DNA of 64,000 bases, from positions 133-64,132 of the forward strand of contig CAJXEC010000002.1 of NCBI GenBank assembly GCA_913052165.1, read 5' to 3'. Source of the stretch: an uncultured Rhodospirillaceae bacterium. GTDB taxonomy: Bacteria; Pseudomonadota; Alphaproteobacteria; MPNO01; UBA2964. A program made the translations under genes and the position numbers. Positions within the stretch are counted from its first letter, which is position 1; each line of letters begins with the position of its first letter. Positions 30,120-40,783 of this stretch are shown here, in pieces. The notes under the pieces are model-generated. The model worked only from the letters and a program-made list of their open reading frames with translations. It ran no database searches and was not told the DNA's origin.

Positions 30120-31790
30120 TTAAAATAGTCCTTCAATTTGCCCTTCCTCATTCAGTCTTATGGAGGCTGCTGAAGGCACTCGAGGCAGGCCTGGCATCGT
30201 CATTACGTCCCCGCAAATCACCACAATGAATCCTGCCCCTGCTGAGAGCCGCACCTCTCTGATATTTACATCAAAGCCCTCCGGGGCCCCCATTAATTTA
30301 GGGTCGGTAGAGAAGCTCAGGGGAGTTTTTGCCATACAAACTGGAAACTTTCCATAACCTCGTTTTTCCAATGTCGAGAGTTGGTTATGCACCGCAGTTG
30401 AGGCCGAGACGGTTCCAGCTCGGTATATTTTTTTGGCAACTGTCTTTATCTTTTCCCAGAGTGGCATTTCATCAGGGTAGAGGTATTCAAAACTATTAGG
30501 CTGATTGGACATTGCAACTATTTCATGCGCTAGCTCTTCGGCTCCGGCAGCACCGTTAGCCCAATGCGTGCACTCAACAGCTTTTGAACCTGCGTCTCCG
30601 CATATGTCTTGGAGAAGCCTTATTTCCGCATCAGTGTCAGTTAGGAACCGATTAATCCCGACCACTGCGGGAACCCCAAAGCTTTTAATGTTTTCTATGT
30701 GTCGCAACATATTAGCAGCACCAGTCCGGACAGCCTCAACATTCTCTTTGCCCAAATCCTCTTTGGCAACGCCTCCGTGCATTTTTAGAGCGCGAACGGT
30801 CGCGACAAGTGCGACTGCATCGGGCTGAAGGCCCGCGGACCGACACTTTATATCGAAAAATTTTTCGGCCCCAAGGTCTGATCCAAAGCCCGCTTCTGTG
30901 ACAACATAGTCAGATAGCGCCAGTGCTGACTTTGTTGCGGACACGGAATTACAGCCATGTGCAATATTAGCGAAGGGACCGCCGTGGACAAATGCCGGGG
31001 TATGTTCAAGCGTTTGCACCAGGTTAGGCAGAATGGCTTCCTTAAGCAGCACTGTAAGGGGGCCCTCGGCTTTTAACGCATCTGCTGTAATGGGTTCCCG
31101 TCCACGCGTCTCCGCGATAACGATTCTGGCGATTCGTTCTTGCAAGTCTTGGAGGTTATTGGCCAGGCAAAAAATTGCCATAATCTCTGAGGCCACGGTT
31201 ATATCAAACCCTGTTTCACGGGGAAAACCATTCACGGCCCCTCCCAATGAGGCAACGATTGATCTCAATGCCCTATCATTAAGGTCAACCACTCGTCGCC
31301 AAGCTACCCGTCGGGAGTCAATTCCAAGACTATTTCCCCAATAGATATGGTTATCGATAAGAGCTGATAGCAAATTGTGCGCCGATGTGATTGCATGGAA
31401 ATCACCGGTAAAATGAAGGTTTATGTCTTCCATTGGAACAACCTGAGCATATCCTCCACCAGCTGCTCCTCCTTTCACGCCGAAGCATGGACCAAGGCTG
31501 GGTTCCCTGAGGCAGATGGTTGCATTTTTCCCAATTCGGTTAAGCGCGTCACCCAACCCAACCGTTGTCGTGCTTTTGCCCTCTCCCGCTGGGGTGGGGC
31601 TAATGCCGGTAACAAGGATTAATTTGCCTTTTCTCGACTCATCACCGAGAAAACTTACGTCTACCTTTGCTTTTGTGTGACCGAATGGTTGCAAATAATT
31701 ACTCGGAACGCCCAGCTTTTCGGCAATCTCCCCGATTGGCTTGATTTTGGCCTCACGCGCTATTTGTAAATCGGATTTTACCTCTGACAT
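30120..31790 (-). CDS. fhs: formate--tetrahydrofolate ligase
   Basis: 556 aa with highly conserved Fhs motifs ([43 protein letters not shown]). Confidence 0.96.
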   Translation of the reverse strand: MSEVKSDLQIAREAKIKPIGEIAEKLGVPSNYLQPFGHTKAKVDVSFLGDESRKGKLILVTGISPTPAGEGKSTTTVGLGDALNRIGKNATICLREPSLGPCFGVKGGAAGGGYAQVVPMEDINLHFTGDFHAITSAHNLLSALIDNHIYWGNSLGIDSRRVAWRRVVDLNDRALRSIVASLGGAVNGFPRETGFDITVASEIMAIFCLANNLQDLQERIARIVIAETRGREPITADALKAEGPLTVLLKEAILPNLVQTLEHTPAFVHGGPFANIAHGCNSVSATKSALALSDYVVTEAGFGSDLGAEKFFDIKCRSAGLQPDAVALVATVRALKMHGGVAKEDLGKENVEAVRTGAANMLRHIENIKSFGVPAVVGINRFLTDTDAEIRLLQDICGDAGSKAVECTHWANGAAGAEELAHEIVAMSNQPNSFEYLYPDEMPLWEKIKTVAKKIYRAGTVSASTAVHNQLSTLEKRGYGKFPVCMAKTPLSFSTDPKLMGAPEGFDVNIREVRLSAGAGFIVVICGDVMTMPGLPRVPSAASIRLNEEGQIEGLF

Positions 31791-32256
31791 AGATTGTTCT
31801 TCCGTATTTTGACCTCAACCCTGCAGATAAGGTTTTTTGTAGGGTTCTATGATCAATTTAAAGCATGTTAATTTATGTGTCCTAGCGACAGCGTTTGTAT
31901 ATCTTTTACCTATATAGTCTAGGGTTAACCAAGGAATTTACTAGTTTTCCGCTCTAAAACAGATCTCTGAAAATTGACTCTGCTATCAAATAGCAAATAT
32001 GGATTGGTCTGCTTGCCACCCCCCAGAGAGCGGTTATTGTCTCTTGGTCGGGATTGAAACATATATATCAAGTGTAGGGGTTTTATTTCGCTTAAGTTGA
32101 AAATTTTACTTTTTAACGGGTAAGAGTGAGTCTGTGGAGTTATTATTCTTTCCGGTTGATATAAAAATTGTTAGGAATTTGCTCGGTCCACGGAGAAAGT
32201 CTTAATTTTCTCAATAAAAATGGCTTTCAAACGGAATTGGTTAAAGGGGTATTAAT

Positions 32257-33993
32257 TTGGTTGAAAATGCTACGGATAATTTGGACACCCATCCGGTTGA
32301 TGAACCATTAACTGATGGTTTTCACCTAATTATTGATGCGTTGAAGCTTAACGGGCTCACCACTGTCTACAATGTTCCCGGTATCCCGATTACAGATCTC
32401 GGCCGGATGATGCAGGCTGAGGGTATGAGAGTTCTCTCATTCAGACATGAACAGAATGCCGGTTATGCCGCATCAATCGCAGGGTTTTTGACAAAAAAAC
32501 CGGGCATCTGCATGACGGTCTCTGCGCCTGGTTTCCTCAACGGACTAACTGCGTTGGCTCATGCTACCACAAATTGTTTTCCGATGATCCTCATGAGCGG
32601 CTCGTCAGAACGAGAAATTGTTGATTTGCAGCAGGGTGACTACGAGGAGATGGATCAACTTGCGGTTGCAAAACCGCTTTGCAAAGCGGCTTACAGAGTT
32701 CTCCATGCAGAGGATATCGGTATTGCTGTGGCGAGGGCAATTAGGGCAGCAGTATCTGGAAGACCGGGTGGAGTCTATTTGGACATACCCGCTAATTTGC
32801 TAGGTCAGACAATGAATGTTGATGCGGGGCTCAAATCCCTCGTGAAAGTTGTCGATCCTGCGCCAGCACAAATTCCCGCACCGAGCTCTGTAGACCGTGC
32901 GATTGAAGTCATTCAAAACGCAAAACGACCTCTGATTATTCTTGGCAAAGGGGCCGCTTACGCTCAAGCCGATGATGAAATTCGCGCTTTTGTGGAAAAG
33001 ACAGGGATTCCCTACCTCCCAATGAGTATGGCAAAGGGCTTGCTTCCTGACACTCATCCACAATCAGCGGGGCCCGCTAGGTCACTCGTCTTAAAGGAGT
33101 CCGATGTAGTGATCTTGATCGGTGCGCGGCTTAACTGGCTTTTATCCCATGGCAAAGGAGAGGGTTGGGGAAAAAATCCGAAGCGGTTTGTCCATATTGA
33201 TATCGAACCGAGGGAAATGGATAGTAATAAAGAAATTGCGGCTCCACTGGTCGGCGATATTTTTTCTTGTGTTGAGTCATTATTGGCCAGAATCGGAGAT
33301 GAATGGGCTGCACCGCCGAAAGAATGGCTCAGCTCGGTTTCGGAAAAACGGGATGCTAATATAGAGCGTATGGCACCTCGTCTTCAAAACAACAATGTGC
33401 CAATGGACTATCATGGTGCCTTAGGTGCTCTCAAAAATATCATTTCAGAGCGACCCGATGCTATTTTGGTCAATGAGGGGGCAAATACTCTTGATTTCGC
33501 GCGCTCAATCATTGATATGCACAAACCCCGCAAACGTTTGGATGTGGGTACCTGGGGCGTTATGGGCGTCGGTATGGGTTCGGCGATTGCTGCCGCAGTA
33601 GAGACAGGACAGCCCGTTCTTGCGGTAGAGGGGGACAGCGCATTTGGGTTTTCCGGGATGGAAATAGAGACAATTTGTAGATACAACCTGCCAGTTTGCG
33701 TAGTGGTCTTCAATAACGGGGGTATCTATCGAGGGACGGATACAAATCCTGCGGGCGAAGACGTCGCTACAACTGTCTTCGTTAAAGGGGCCCGCTATGA
33801 TAAGATGATGGAGGCTTTTGGTGGCGTTGGTTTTAACGCTACCTCGCCAGATGAGTTGTCCCGAGCAGTAAATGAGGCGATGGATTCTGGTAGGCCATCC
33901 CTCGTAAATGCTGTTATTGACGAAGGATCGGGTACCGAAAGTGGTCGTATCGGCAATCTAAATCCTCAAAGCGTTGTGTCACAGAAGAAATAG
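32257..33993 (+). CDS. oxc: oxalyl-CoA decarboxylase (ThDP-dependent)
   Basis: 578 aa, near-colinear with Oxalobacter formigenes Oxc as I recall it. Shared blocks include [79 protein letters not shown] start. Confidence 0.95.
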   Translation: MVENATDNLDTHPVDEPLTDGFHLIIDALKLNGLTTVYNVPGIPITDLGRMMQAEGMRVLSFRHEQNAGYAASIAGFLTKKPGICMTVSAPGFLNGLTALAHATTNCFPMILMSGSSEREIVDLQQGDYEEMDQLAVAKPLCKAAYRVLHAEDIGIAVARAIRAAVSGRPGGVYLDIPANLLGQTMNVDAGLKSLVKVVDPAPAQIPAPSSVDRAIEVIQNAKRPLIILGKGAAYAQADDEIRAFVEKTGIPYLPMSMAKGLLPDTHPQSAGPARSLVLKESDVVILIGARLNWLLSHGKGEGWGKNPKRFVHIDIEPREMDSNKEIAAPLVGDIFSCVESLLARIGDEWAAPPKEWLSSVSEKRDANIERMAPRLQNNNVPMDYHGALGALKNIISERPDAILVNEGANTLDFARSIIDMHKPRKRLDVGTWGVMGVGMGSAIAAAVETGQPVLAVEGDSAFGFSGMEIETICRYNLPVCVVVFNNGGIYRGTDTNPAGEDVATTVFVKGARYDKMMEAFGGVGFNATSPDELSRAVNEAMDSGRPSLVNAVIDEGSGTESGRIGNLNPQSVVSQKK

Positions 33994-34031
33994 GATTCGA
34001 AAAAATAATTCCAATCGGAATAGGTGCAAAA

Positions 34032-35300
34032 ATGAAAGCTCTAGAAGGCGTGAAAATTCTGGATATGACCCATGTTCAATCGGGTCCTACCTGTACTCAA
34101 TTATTGGCTTGGTTTGGCGCGGATGTTTTGAAAGTTGAGAGGCCTGGCGTGGGAGACGCGACAAGAGGACAGCTTCGTGATGTTCCCGATGCTGACAGTC
34201 TTTATTTTACGATGCTTAACCACAACAAAAGGAGCGTGACCGTCAATCCTAAAACTGAGTCCGGTAAGAGGATTTTTACTAGGCTTCTTGAAGAGTGTGA
34301 TGTCATGGTGGAAAATTTTGCTCCCGGGGCTATCGATCGCATGGGTTTCTCATGGGAGATAATTCAGCAAATCAACCCTCGTCTCATATACGCCTCAATT
34401 AATGGCTTCGGCCCAGGACCTTATGAAGAATGCAAGGTTTATGAAAACGTTGCACAGTGCACCGGAGGCGCCGCTTCGACGACAGGATTTCTTGATGGGC
34501 CTCCGATTGTTACTGGGGCGCAGATTGGTGACTCCGGTACCGGTCTCCATCTCGCACTTGGTATTGTCACGGCTTTGTTTCAACGTGAGCAAACTGGCAA
34601 AGGACAGCGCGTGTCCTGTGCGATGCAAGATGGAGTTTTGAATCTTTGCCGCGTGAAATTAAGAGATCAACAGCGCCTGGAGCGGGGGCCCCTCAAGGAG
34701 TACAGCCAGTTTGGTCAAGGTATACCTTTTAAGGAGGCAACGCCGCGTGCTGGAAATGACTCTGGCGGTGGTCAACCGGGCTGGATTCTAAAGTGTAAAG
34801 GTTGGGAGAGTGACCCCGACGCTTACGTGTATTTTATTACTCAAGCCGCAGTTTGGGGTAATATTTGTGATCTTATCGGTAAGCCTGAATGGAAAGATGC
34901 AGAGGGATATGCTGCACCGGAAGAGCGCTTAGATAAAATCCCACAGATCTTTGATGCGATAGAGGAATGGACCAAGACCCTCGACAAGTTTGAGGTTATG
35001 AAACGCTGCAACCCTTTGAACATCCCATGTGGACCCATCCTATCCATGAAGGAGCTCTCGACAGAGCAAAGTCTCAGAGAAACGGGAACAGTTGTAGAAG
35101 TCGATCACCCACAGCGGGGCCCGTATTTGAGTATTGGCAATCCCATCAAGCTGTCGGATTCACCCTCTGACGTGACGAGAGCCCCATTGCTTGGTGAACA
35201 CACAACTGAAATATTGCGGGAAATTGTTGGTTTGAGTGACGAAGAAATAGCTTACGCAGTTGCTGATGGTGGTACGGGTAAAGAGGCTACAGACTCCTGA
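34032..35300 (+). CDS. frc: formyl-CoA:oxalate CoA-transferase (class III)
   Basis: 422 aa. Matches recalled Frc blocks: [71 protein letters not shown]. Confidence 0.95.
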   Translation: MKALEGVKILDMTHVQSGPTCTQLLAWFGADVLKVERPGVGDATRGQLRDVPDADSLYFTMLNHNKRSVTVNPKTESGKRIFTRLLEECDVMVENFAPGAIDRMGFSWEIIQQINPRLIYASINGFGPGPYEECKVYENVAQCTGGAASTTGFLDGPPIVTGAQIGDSGTGLHLALGIVTALFQREQTGKGQRVSCAMQDGVLNLCRVKLRDQQRLERGPLKEYSQFGQGIPFKEATPRAGNDSGGGQPGWILKCKGWESDPDAYVYFITQAAVWGNICDLIGKPEWKDAEGYAAPEERLDKIPQIFDAIEEWTKTLDKFEVMKRCNPLNIPCGPILSMKELSTEQSLRETGTVVEVDHPQRGPYLSIGNPIKLSDSPSDVTRAPLLGEHTTEILREIVGLSDEEIAYAVADGGTGKEATDS

Positions 35301-35325
35301 TTGCTGATTTTACGGAGAAAATGAG

Positions 35326-37659
35326 ATGAACATGGTACGAATTGGCGAGCCGGTAGTTCGAGATGAGGATCTTCGTCTCCTTCAAGGTAAGGGTCGATAT
35401 TTAGATGATGTTGCTGTAGTCAATCAGGCTTATGCCCAGGTTTTACGATCACCTTTTGCTCATGCTAAACTAAAAAGTATTGACAGCTCCAAGGCGGAGG
35501 CAATGCCCGGGGTGCTTGCCATTCTTACCGGCTCAGAGCTTGAGGACCGAGGCCTGGGTGCGCTAAAGCCCGCTGACCCGGGCAAGCGTTCAGATGGGTC
35601 ACCCGGTTTCGGTTGCTCGCTGCCATTATTGGCCCAAGGCCGTGTGAGGTTTGTTGGACAAGCAGTGGCCTTTATTGTCGCAGAGAGTGCTGCAAAGGCA
35701 AAAGATGCGGCAGAGCTTATTGAAGTCGACTACGAGCCGCTACCCGCATTGGTGGCTGCTGACGACGCGTTAGCGGACGGGGCTCCTGTAATCTGGGAAG
35801 AGGCGGGAGACAATGAGGCGTTTTTTTTTCAAAAGGGAGATAAAGCGGGGGTCGACGCTCTATCCTCGAAGGCAGCACATGTCGTGAAGCACAGAGTTTG
35901 CGTTAGCCGTGTTGCAGGTAACCCGATGGAAAATCGGGGGTGCATTGGGGAATATGACTCTTTTGAAGATTGTTACAGACTAAGAGCAACGGTGCAGTCA
36001 GTTCATGGTGTGCGCGGCATGATTGCGGGCCAAATTTTTAACATGCCTCACAATAAATTACAGGTTATTTGCGACAATATGGGTGGCGGTTTTGGTACCC
36101 GAGGTGGTTGTCAGTCGGAATATAGCCTTGTTCTTTGGGCATCGGAGGTCGTTGGTCGTCCCGTTAAGTGGGTTGCAACTAGAGAAGAGGGACTCCTGAC
36201 GGATGAACAAGCGCGTGGAACTCTGGCGGATATGCAGCTTATCCTTGATAAGGACTATAAATTTTTGGCGATTAGGGCCGATGTTAAAGTGCCAATAGGC
36301 GCCTATTATTCGACAGATCGCAATATGCGCTCAGTAACGGGCGGCTTCGGAGGCATGGCAGGTGTTTACGGCTTTGAGAAAATATACTGCACGGTAACTG
36401 GTGCTTTTACGAATACCATGACTAATGCCCAGTATCGTGGGGGGGCGAAGCCTGAGCCGGTGTATTATCTTGAAAATATCATAGATGTTGCTGCCCGAGA
36501 ACTTGAAATCGATCCTGCGGAACTTCGACGAATTAATACCATCGATAGCGGTTCTATTCCCTTCACCACCTGCTTAGGAGATGAATATGATTGCGGCGAC
36601 TTTTTGGGAAATTTCGAAGATTGTTTGAAGGCTGGAGACTACGTGGGTGTTGACGTCCGTAGGCGGGAAGCGCAGGCACGTGGAAAAATTCTTGGTATCG
36701 GCATGTCTAACTCGATAACTGGTGTCGCCAGTTCAAACTTCGAGCATGTCGAAGTTCGCTTTGACCCTGCTGGCGGCATAGTGCTCCAAAGTGGAGCAAT
36801 GGACCATGGTCAAGGCCATGATACAACATTTCGACAGGTTCTAGCCGACAAGCTGGGTATAGATCACCAAGGTATCAAATACCGCTTTGGAGATACTGAT
36901 AAAATTGCGACAGGTGTGGGTACTTTCAATGCCCGCTGCGCGGTTTTTGTGGGTTCTGCTGTCCATAATGCCGCCGAAAAAATTATCGAAAAAGGTAAGA
37001 GAATAGCCGCTCACATGCTTGAGGCGGCCTCTGATGATATCGAATTCGGTGACGGTAATTTTACGGTCGTTGGCACCGACAGAGCAGTAACCTTAACCGA
37101 TGTGGCCAAGACCGCATTTAATAAATCGAAATTACCCCCTGATATCGAACCTGGTCTATATGAGCATGGTGAATTTGGGATGGGTCAAGGGCAGCGGCCT
37201 ACTTACCCAAATGGTTGCCATCTCGCGGAAGTTGAAATTGATAGAGAAACTGGAGAAGTTGAAATCGTTCGCTATACTGCTGTTGATGATGCCGGCACAA
37301 TTTTAAATCCCATTTTGTTTGATGGTCAGGTGCATGGAGGAATTGTCCAGGGTGCCAGCCAGATACTGATGGAAAATGTCAATTATGACCCAGACTCAGG
37401 ACAACTTCTCTCGGGATCATTCATGGATTATTGCATGCCCAGAGCGGATGATTTTTGTGACTTTGAGATTGCGGCTAATGAGGTGCCAACTGGTCGAAAC
37501 CCTCTCGGTGTAAAAGGTGTTGGTGAGTCTGGCACTGTAGGTGCATTACCTGCAGTGATGAACGCGGTTAATGACGCTCTGCATCGTGCAGGGGCGCCAA
37601 CGGTAGAGATGCCTGCGACCCCAAAGCATGTCTGGGAGGCTCTACAAAACAGTCATTAA
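35326..37659 (+). CDS. xanthine dehydrogenase-family molybdopterin-binding large subunit (orphan, CoxL-like, not form I)
   Basis: 777 aa. N-terminus GEPVVRDEDLRLLQGKGRYLDD, GGGFGTRG, active-site loop QYRGGAKPEP, C-terminal GVKGVGESGTVGA. It starts 26 nt after frc, and no FeS or FAD subunits are adjacent. Confidence 0.88.
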   Translation: MNMVRIGEPVVRDEDLRLLQGKGRYLDDVAVVNQAYAQVLRSPFAHAKLKSIDSSKAEAMPGVLAILTGSELEDRGLGALKPADPGKRSDGSPGFGCSLPLLAQGRVRFVGQAVAFIVAESAAKAKDAAELIEVDYEPLPALVAADDALADGAPVIWEEAGDNEAFFFQKGDKAGVDALSSKAAHVVKHRVCVSRVAGNPMENRGCIGEYDSFEDCYRLRATVQSVHGVRGMIAGQIFNMPHNKLQVICDNMGGGFGTRGGCQSEYSLVLWASEVVGRPVKWVATREEGLLTDEQARGTLADMQLILDKDYKFLAIRADVKVPIGAYYSTDRNMRSVTGGFGGMAGVYGFEKIYCTVTGAFTNTMTNAQYRGGAKPEPVYYLENIIDVAARELEIDPAELRRINTIDSGSIPFTTCLGDEYDCGDFLGNFEDCLKAGDYVGVDVRRREAQARGKILGIGMSNSITGVASSNFEHVEVRFDPAGGIVLQSGAMDHGQGHDTTFRQVLADKLGIDHQGIKYRFGDTDKIATGVGTFNARCAVFVGSAVHNAAEKIIEKGKRIAAHMLEAASDDIEFGDGNFTVVGTDRAVTLTDVAKTAFNKSKLPPDIEPGLYEHGEFGMGQGQRPTYPNGCHLAEVEIDRETGEVEIVRYTAVDDAGTILNPILFDGQVHGGIVQGASQILMENVNYDPDSGQLLSGSFMDYCMPRADDFCDFEIAANEVPTGRNPLGVKGVGESGTVGALPAVMNAVNDALHRAGAPTVEMPATPKHVWEALQNSH

Positions 37660-37702
37660 GGTTTGGCAGAAAACATTAATCGTTTATCAGGCAAACAGTT
37701 GT

Positions 37703-38578
37703 TCAGGGTTTTTTGGCCTCCAATCGGGTTGTAACATATCCAGCGGCAAAAATTATTAGGGCGCCAGTCCACACCCACTTGTCTGCTATTTCGTCGAAAA
37801 GTAGCCATGCTAAGATTGCTCCGAATATCAGTCGAGAGAAATCGAATGGCATGACGGCGCTCGTGTCAGCCTCCTCAAAAGCCCGTGCTTGGCAGAAGTG
37901 GGCGAGCCAACCAGATAAAGCCATCGTAGTTAGGGGAAGCAATTGATCTAAAGTTGGTGTCCTCCAGACGAATAAAAGCGGAATAGCACAAAGCGGAACC
38001 ATTAATATATTCATATAAAATGTGGTTACCGCGGCGGAGTCTTTTCGGGTCAGTATTTTTATCGTCGACCATGTCCCTGCGTAAAATATACATGAAAGTA
38101 CAACTAATAGAATGTAAGGATTTACGTCAGTTAGACCCGGCCTAACGATGATCAGTGCACCACAAAATCCAACACCGGTTGCGAACCATCTTGCGAAATC
38201 CACCCTTTCTCTGAGCACAAATGCAGCAGCAAAAGTTGTAAAGAGGGGTATTAAAAATGTTAGAGAAATAGAGTCCGCAAGTGGTGTTACCGCCAGTGCA
38301 TAATAAAGGGTCACCATAGCGGCAAATGCGAGTAAAGTTCTAAGAGCATGTAATGGGAGCTGTTCGGTTCTGAGAGCTGCGAAGCCTGAGCGCATTACTA
38401 TAGGTATAATCATAAATAGCCCCACTATTGCTCTTACAAAGACAATCTCAATAGCGTCTAATTCTGGTCCGATATACCTGACGCTAGCCATCATTACCGC
38501 GAAGCTTGCACAACCTAAAATCATCCAATAGATCCCGACGAGTGTCCGCTTGCTAATTGGTGCTGGCGATTTAGTCAT
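37703..38578 (-). CDS. DMT-superfamily (EamA-type) transporter
   Basis: About 291 aa from ATG 38578 (MTKSPAPISKRTLVGIYWMILG...) with 10 predicted TM segments in two EamA-like halves. The 398-aa ORF-track version adds a Pro/Ser-rich extension antisense to the SDR gene and is rejected. Confidence 0.85.
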   Translation of the reverse strand: MTKSPAPISKRTLVGIYWMILGCASFAVMMASVRYIGPELDAIEIVFVRAIVGLFMIIPIVMRSGFAALRTEQLPLHALRTLLAFAAMVTLYYALAVTPLADSISLTFLIPLFTTFAAAFVLRERVDFARWFATGVGFCGALIIVRPGLTDVNPYILLVVLSCIFYAGTWSTIKILTRKDSAAVTTFYMNILMVPLCAIPLLFVWRTPTLDQLLPLTTMALSGWLAHFCQARAFEEADTSAVMPFDFSRLIFGAILAWLLFDEIADKWVWTGALIIFAAGYVTTRLEAKKP

Positions 38579-38660
38579 GTAACAGTTTACCCTGATATAA
38601 TTTCCGCATTTATACCTTTGTGTAAGACTCGTCGCTATCAGGGTTGGAGGAGAAAAAGAT

Positions 38661-39533
38661 ATGGCAGAAGAATTAGCGAGATCTGGCGTAATACTGCCAG
38701 AGATTGATTTGGCGGGCGGCGTTGCCCTCATAACAGGCGGCGATCGCGGCTTAGGTAGGTCTATGGCTGAGGCCATAGCGCGGTGTGGGGGGCGTGTTGG
38801 CATCGCTTCTGTTGACCCAAATGGATGTATCGAATTGGCTGATGAACTTAATGCAAGGTATGGGACGGGTGCAGCCTGTGGCTTTCCCCTCGACGTCACG
38901 AATTTAGCTCAATGCCGAGAAGCCGTTAAACAGACGGTTTCACAGTTTGGTAAGCTTAACATATTATTTAACAATGCAAGGAGGTTAATGCGAGGCCATG
39001 GATTACCGCCAACTGGAAACTCACTCCCGATTTGGGAGACCGACCCTGATATCTATGCGGAGACAGTTACTGTAAATGTCATTGGTACTTTCAATATGGC
39101 TCGAGCGGCGGTTGAATATTTTCGGAGCCAAAATGGCGGGAAGATTTTAAATATATCAACTTCTTTAAGAAATTTTTCTTTCGCCAACAACTCCCCTTAC
39201 GGCGTCACTAAAACAGCATTGGAATCTCAAACGTTGATTTGGGCAGCGGAGTGTGAAGCAGAGAACATTATGATTAACTCGATATGTCCTGGTGGGGCCG
39301 TAGACTCTGATCTTTCTCGGCCTGATCGTGAGAGCAGAAAATTGCAACCGGTGGACATAATGGATCCACTGGCTGTTTGGCTTGCCTCGGAGCACTCAAA
39401 TGGGGTTACAGGTTGCAGGTTTAACGCGAAATTTTGGGATCCATCGGTAAATTTTAACCAGGCAGCGAGAGGCGCACGGGAAGAGCCGGTGTTTGCGCTT
39501 CAGCCGGAGGGAAGGTTTTCAGTTTTGGATTAA
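38661..39533 (+). CDS. short-chain dehydrogenase/reductase (SDR)
   Basis: 290 aa with TGGDRGLG cofactor motif, NNA, catalytic S...YGVTK, and a GGAGG RBS. Paralogue of 62101..62973. Confidence 0.85.
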   Translation: MAEELARSGVILPEIDLAGGVALITGGDRGLGRSMAEAIARCGGRVGIASVDPNGCIELADELNARYGTGAACGFPLDVTNLAQCREAVKQTVSQFGKLNILFNNARRLMRGHGLPPTGNSLPIWETDPDIYAETVTVNVIGTFNMARAAVEYFRSQNGGKILNISTSLRNFSFANNSPYGVTKTALESQTLIWAAECEAENIMINSICPGGAVDSDLSRPDRESRKLQPVDIMDPLAVWLASEHSNGVTGCRFNAKFWDPSVNFNQAARGAREEPVFALQPEGRFSVLD

Positions 39534-40711
39534 GAGTGGCGTGATCTAGCTCTGAGTAGGGCCGAGAATGCGCTTGCCACAACGTTCCTTTGGATTTCAC
39601 TGGTCCCTGCAAATATTGATAAGCGCCGCGATTGCAATCAAGTCGTCGTGATATAAATTTCTCCAGACTCCGTCCTAAATGGTGCTGAATTGGCACCATC
39701 TGGTCCTGCGGCCCCCAATGGGAGATCGGCAAGTTCTTGGGTGGTCTCGGTGGAAAAAGTTTTATGAAAGATGACTGTGCGCCAATCGCAAGTTTCGCGC
39801 TTGCCAGTTGGACGGCATGGGCGAACACTGAGGCCTGTCCAAGGACTCTAATTTGGGATTGAGTTGGTTATCTTTAGGGGATGGGTCATCGTTTTTTCGA
39901 GTAACTTTGGCGACTTACTGTATTTTTCCAAGTTCTTGAGGGCGGCTTGAGGGTCTGCATTACCAATCCTCTCCCAGTCCAAGAGGCTTTCGGCAAGGGG
40001 CCAACCTTTGTCAATTTCTCCAACTAAGTTGTCTAATGGTACCTTAACCTGGTCGAAAATTTCTTGAGCAAATTCTGCATCACCCGCGATCGTTTTTATG
40101 GATTTGATGGTAATTCCTGGAGTGTTCTTGAGGTCAATTAAAACCAATGTTACGCCGTCCGTCTTCCGGTTCACCTGTTGGGTTGATCCAAAGAGAGCAT
40201 ACATCCAGTCTGCATGCTGGCTTTAGGTGGTCCAGATTTTTTGACCGTTTATGACGATTTGGTCCTTCACTACGACTCCGCTTGTTGTGAGATTGGCTAA
40301 GTCTGAACCTGCACCTGGTTCCAAGTAGCCTTGGCACCATCAAATTTCTCCTGACAGAATATTTGGTAAATGAAACTCTTTCTGTTTTTGTGTTCCAAAT
40401 TTCATTATAATTGGGCCGATATGGTTCAGCGCTTGGCGCGATAGCACCTGTGGACCTGCTCGTCCAAACTCTTCCTGCAAGATTAGCTGTTGGTCGACAC
40501 TTGCATCCGTGCCGCTATATTCTTTTGGCCAATGTGGCGCGATCCACCCCCGTTGATAAACTTTTTTATACCATGACTGAAATAACCCCGGGGGCGGTCG
40601 TGTTGCCCAACCCCTAAGATTATCGGGCAAGTTCTCTCTCAGCCATGAACGAACTTCTTCTCGAAAAATTATATTTTTTTTGTCATCGGCGATGAAGTTG
40701 ATCGGTTCCAT
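39530..40711 (-). pseudogene. acyl-CoA dehydrogenase pseudogene (full length but disrupted)
   Basis: One frame from ATG 40711 reads a typical ACAD. It is interrupted by in-frame TGA (40340..40342, ...[22 protein letters not shown]...), TAA (40223..40225, ...GQKIWTT*SQHADWMYALF...) and TAG (39848..39850). The C-terminal third then needs frame changes to read IGAQSSFIKLF, then STETTQELADL, then SIFAGTSEIQRNVVA. Confidence 0.75.
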
Positions 40712-40783
40712 GAAGACCACCGACTCCTGTCGGAAAAGATCTTATTTTTTTAAAATTCGGTCCTTGCTGTCAATGGAGGCGCA

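Noticed and set aside
32040-32060. CRISPR-repeat-like ending (GGTCGGGATTGAAAC) in the fhs/oxc intergenic region
   Set aside because: There is only one copy, no repeat-spacer periodicity, and no cas genes in the window.
35821-35829. T9 homopolymer inside the orphan Mo-subunit gene (encodes FFF) as a phase-variation tract
   Set aside because: Comparable A/T runs occur in other genes here (for example the K-K-K codons in tupA near 23414). There is no evidence of length heterogeneity from a single sequence.
38579-38899. N-terminal 107-aa extension of the 398-aa ORF (37703..38899, minus strand), overlapping the SDR gene start
   Set aside because: The extension is Pro/Ser/Ala-rich and antisense to a well-supported SDR gene (38661..39533, GGAGG RBS). 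The EamA-type transporter reads naturally from ATG 38578, so this is an ORF-caller artefact.
40340-40342. In-frame TGA in the acyl-CoA dehydrogenase as a second selenocysteine site
   Set aside because: The same gene also has in-frame TAA and TAG codons and several frame changes. The TGA does not replace a conserved Cys. This is decay, not recoding.
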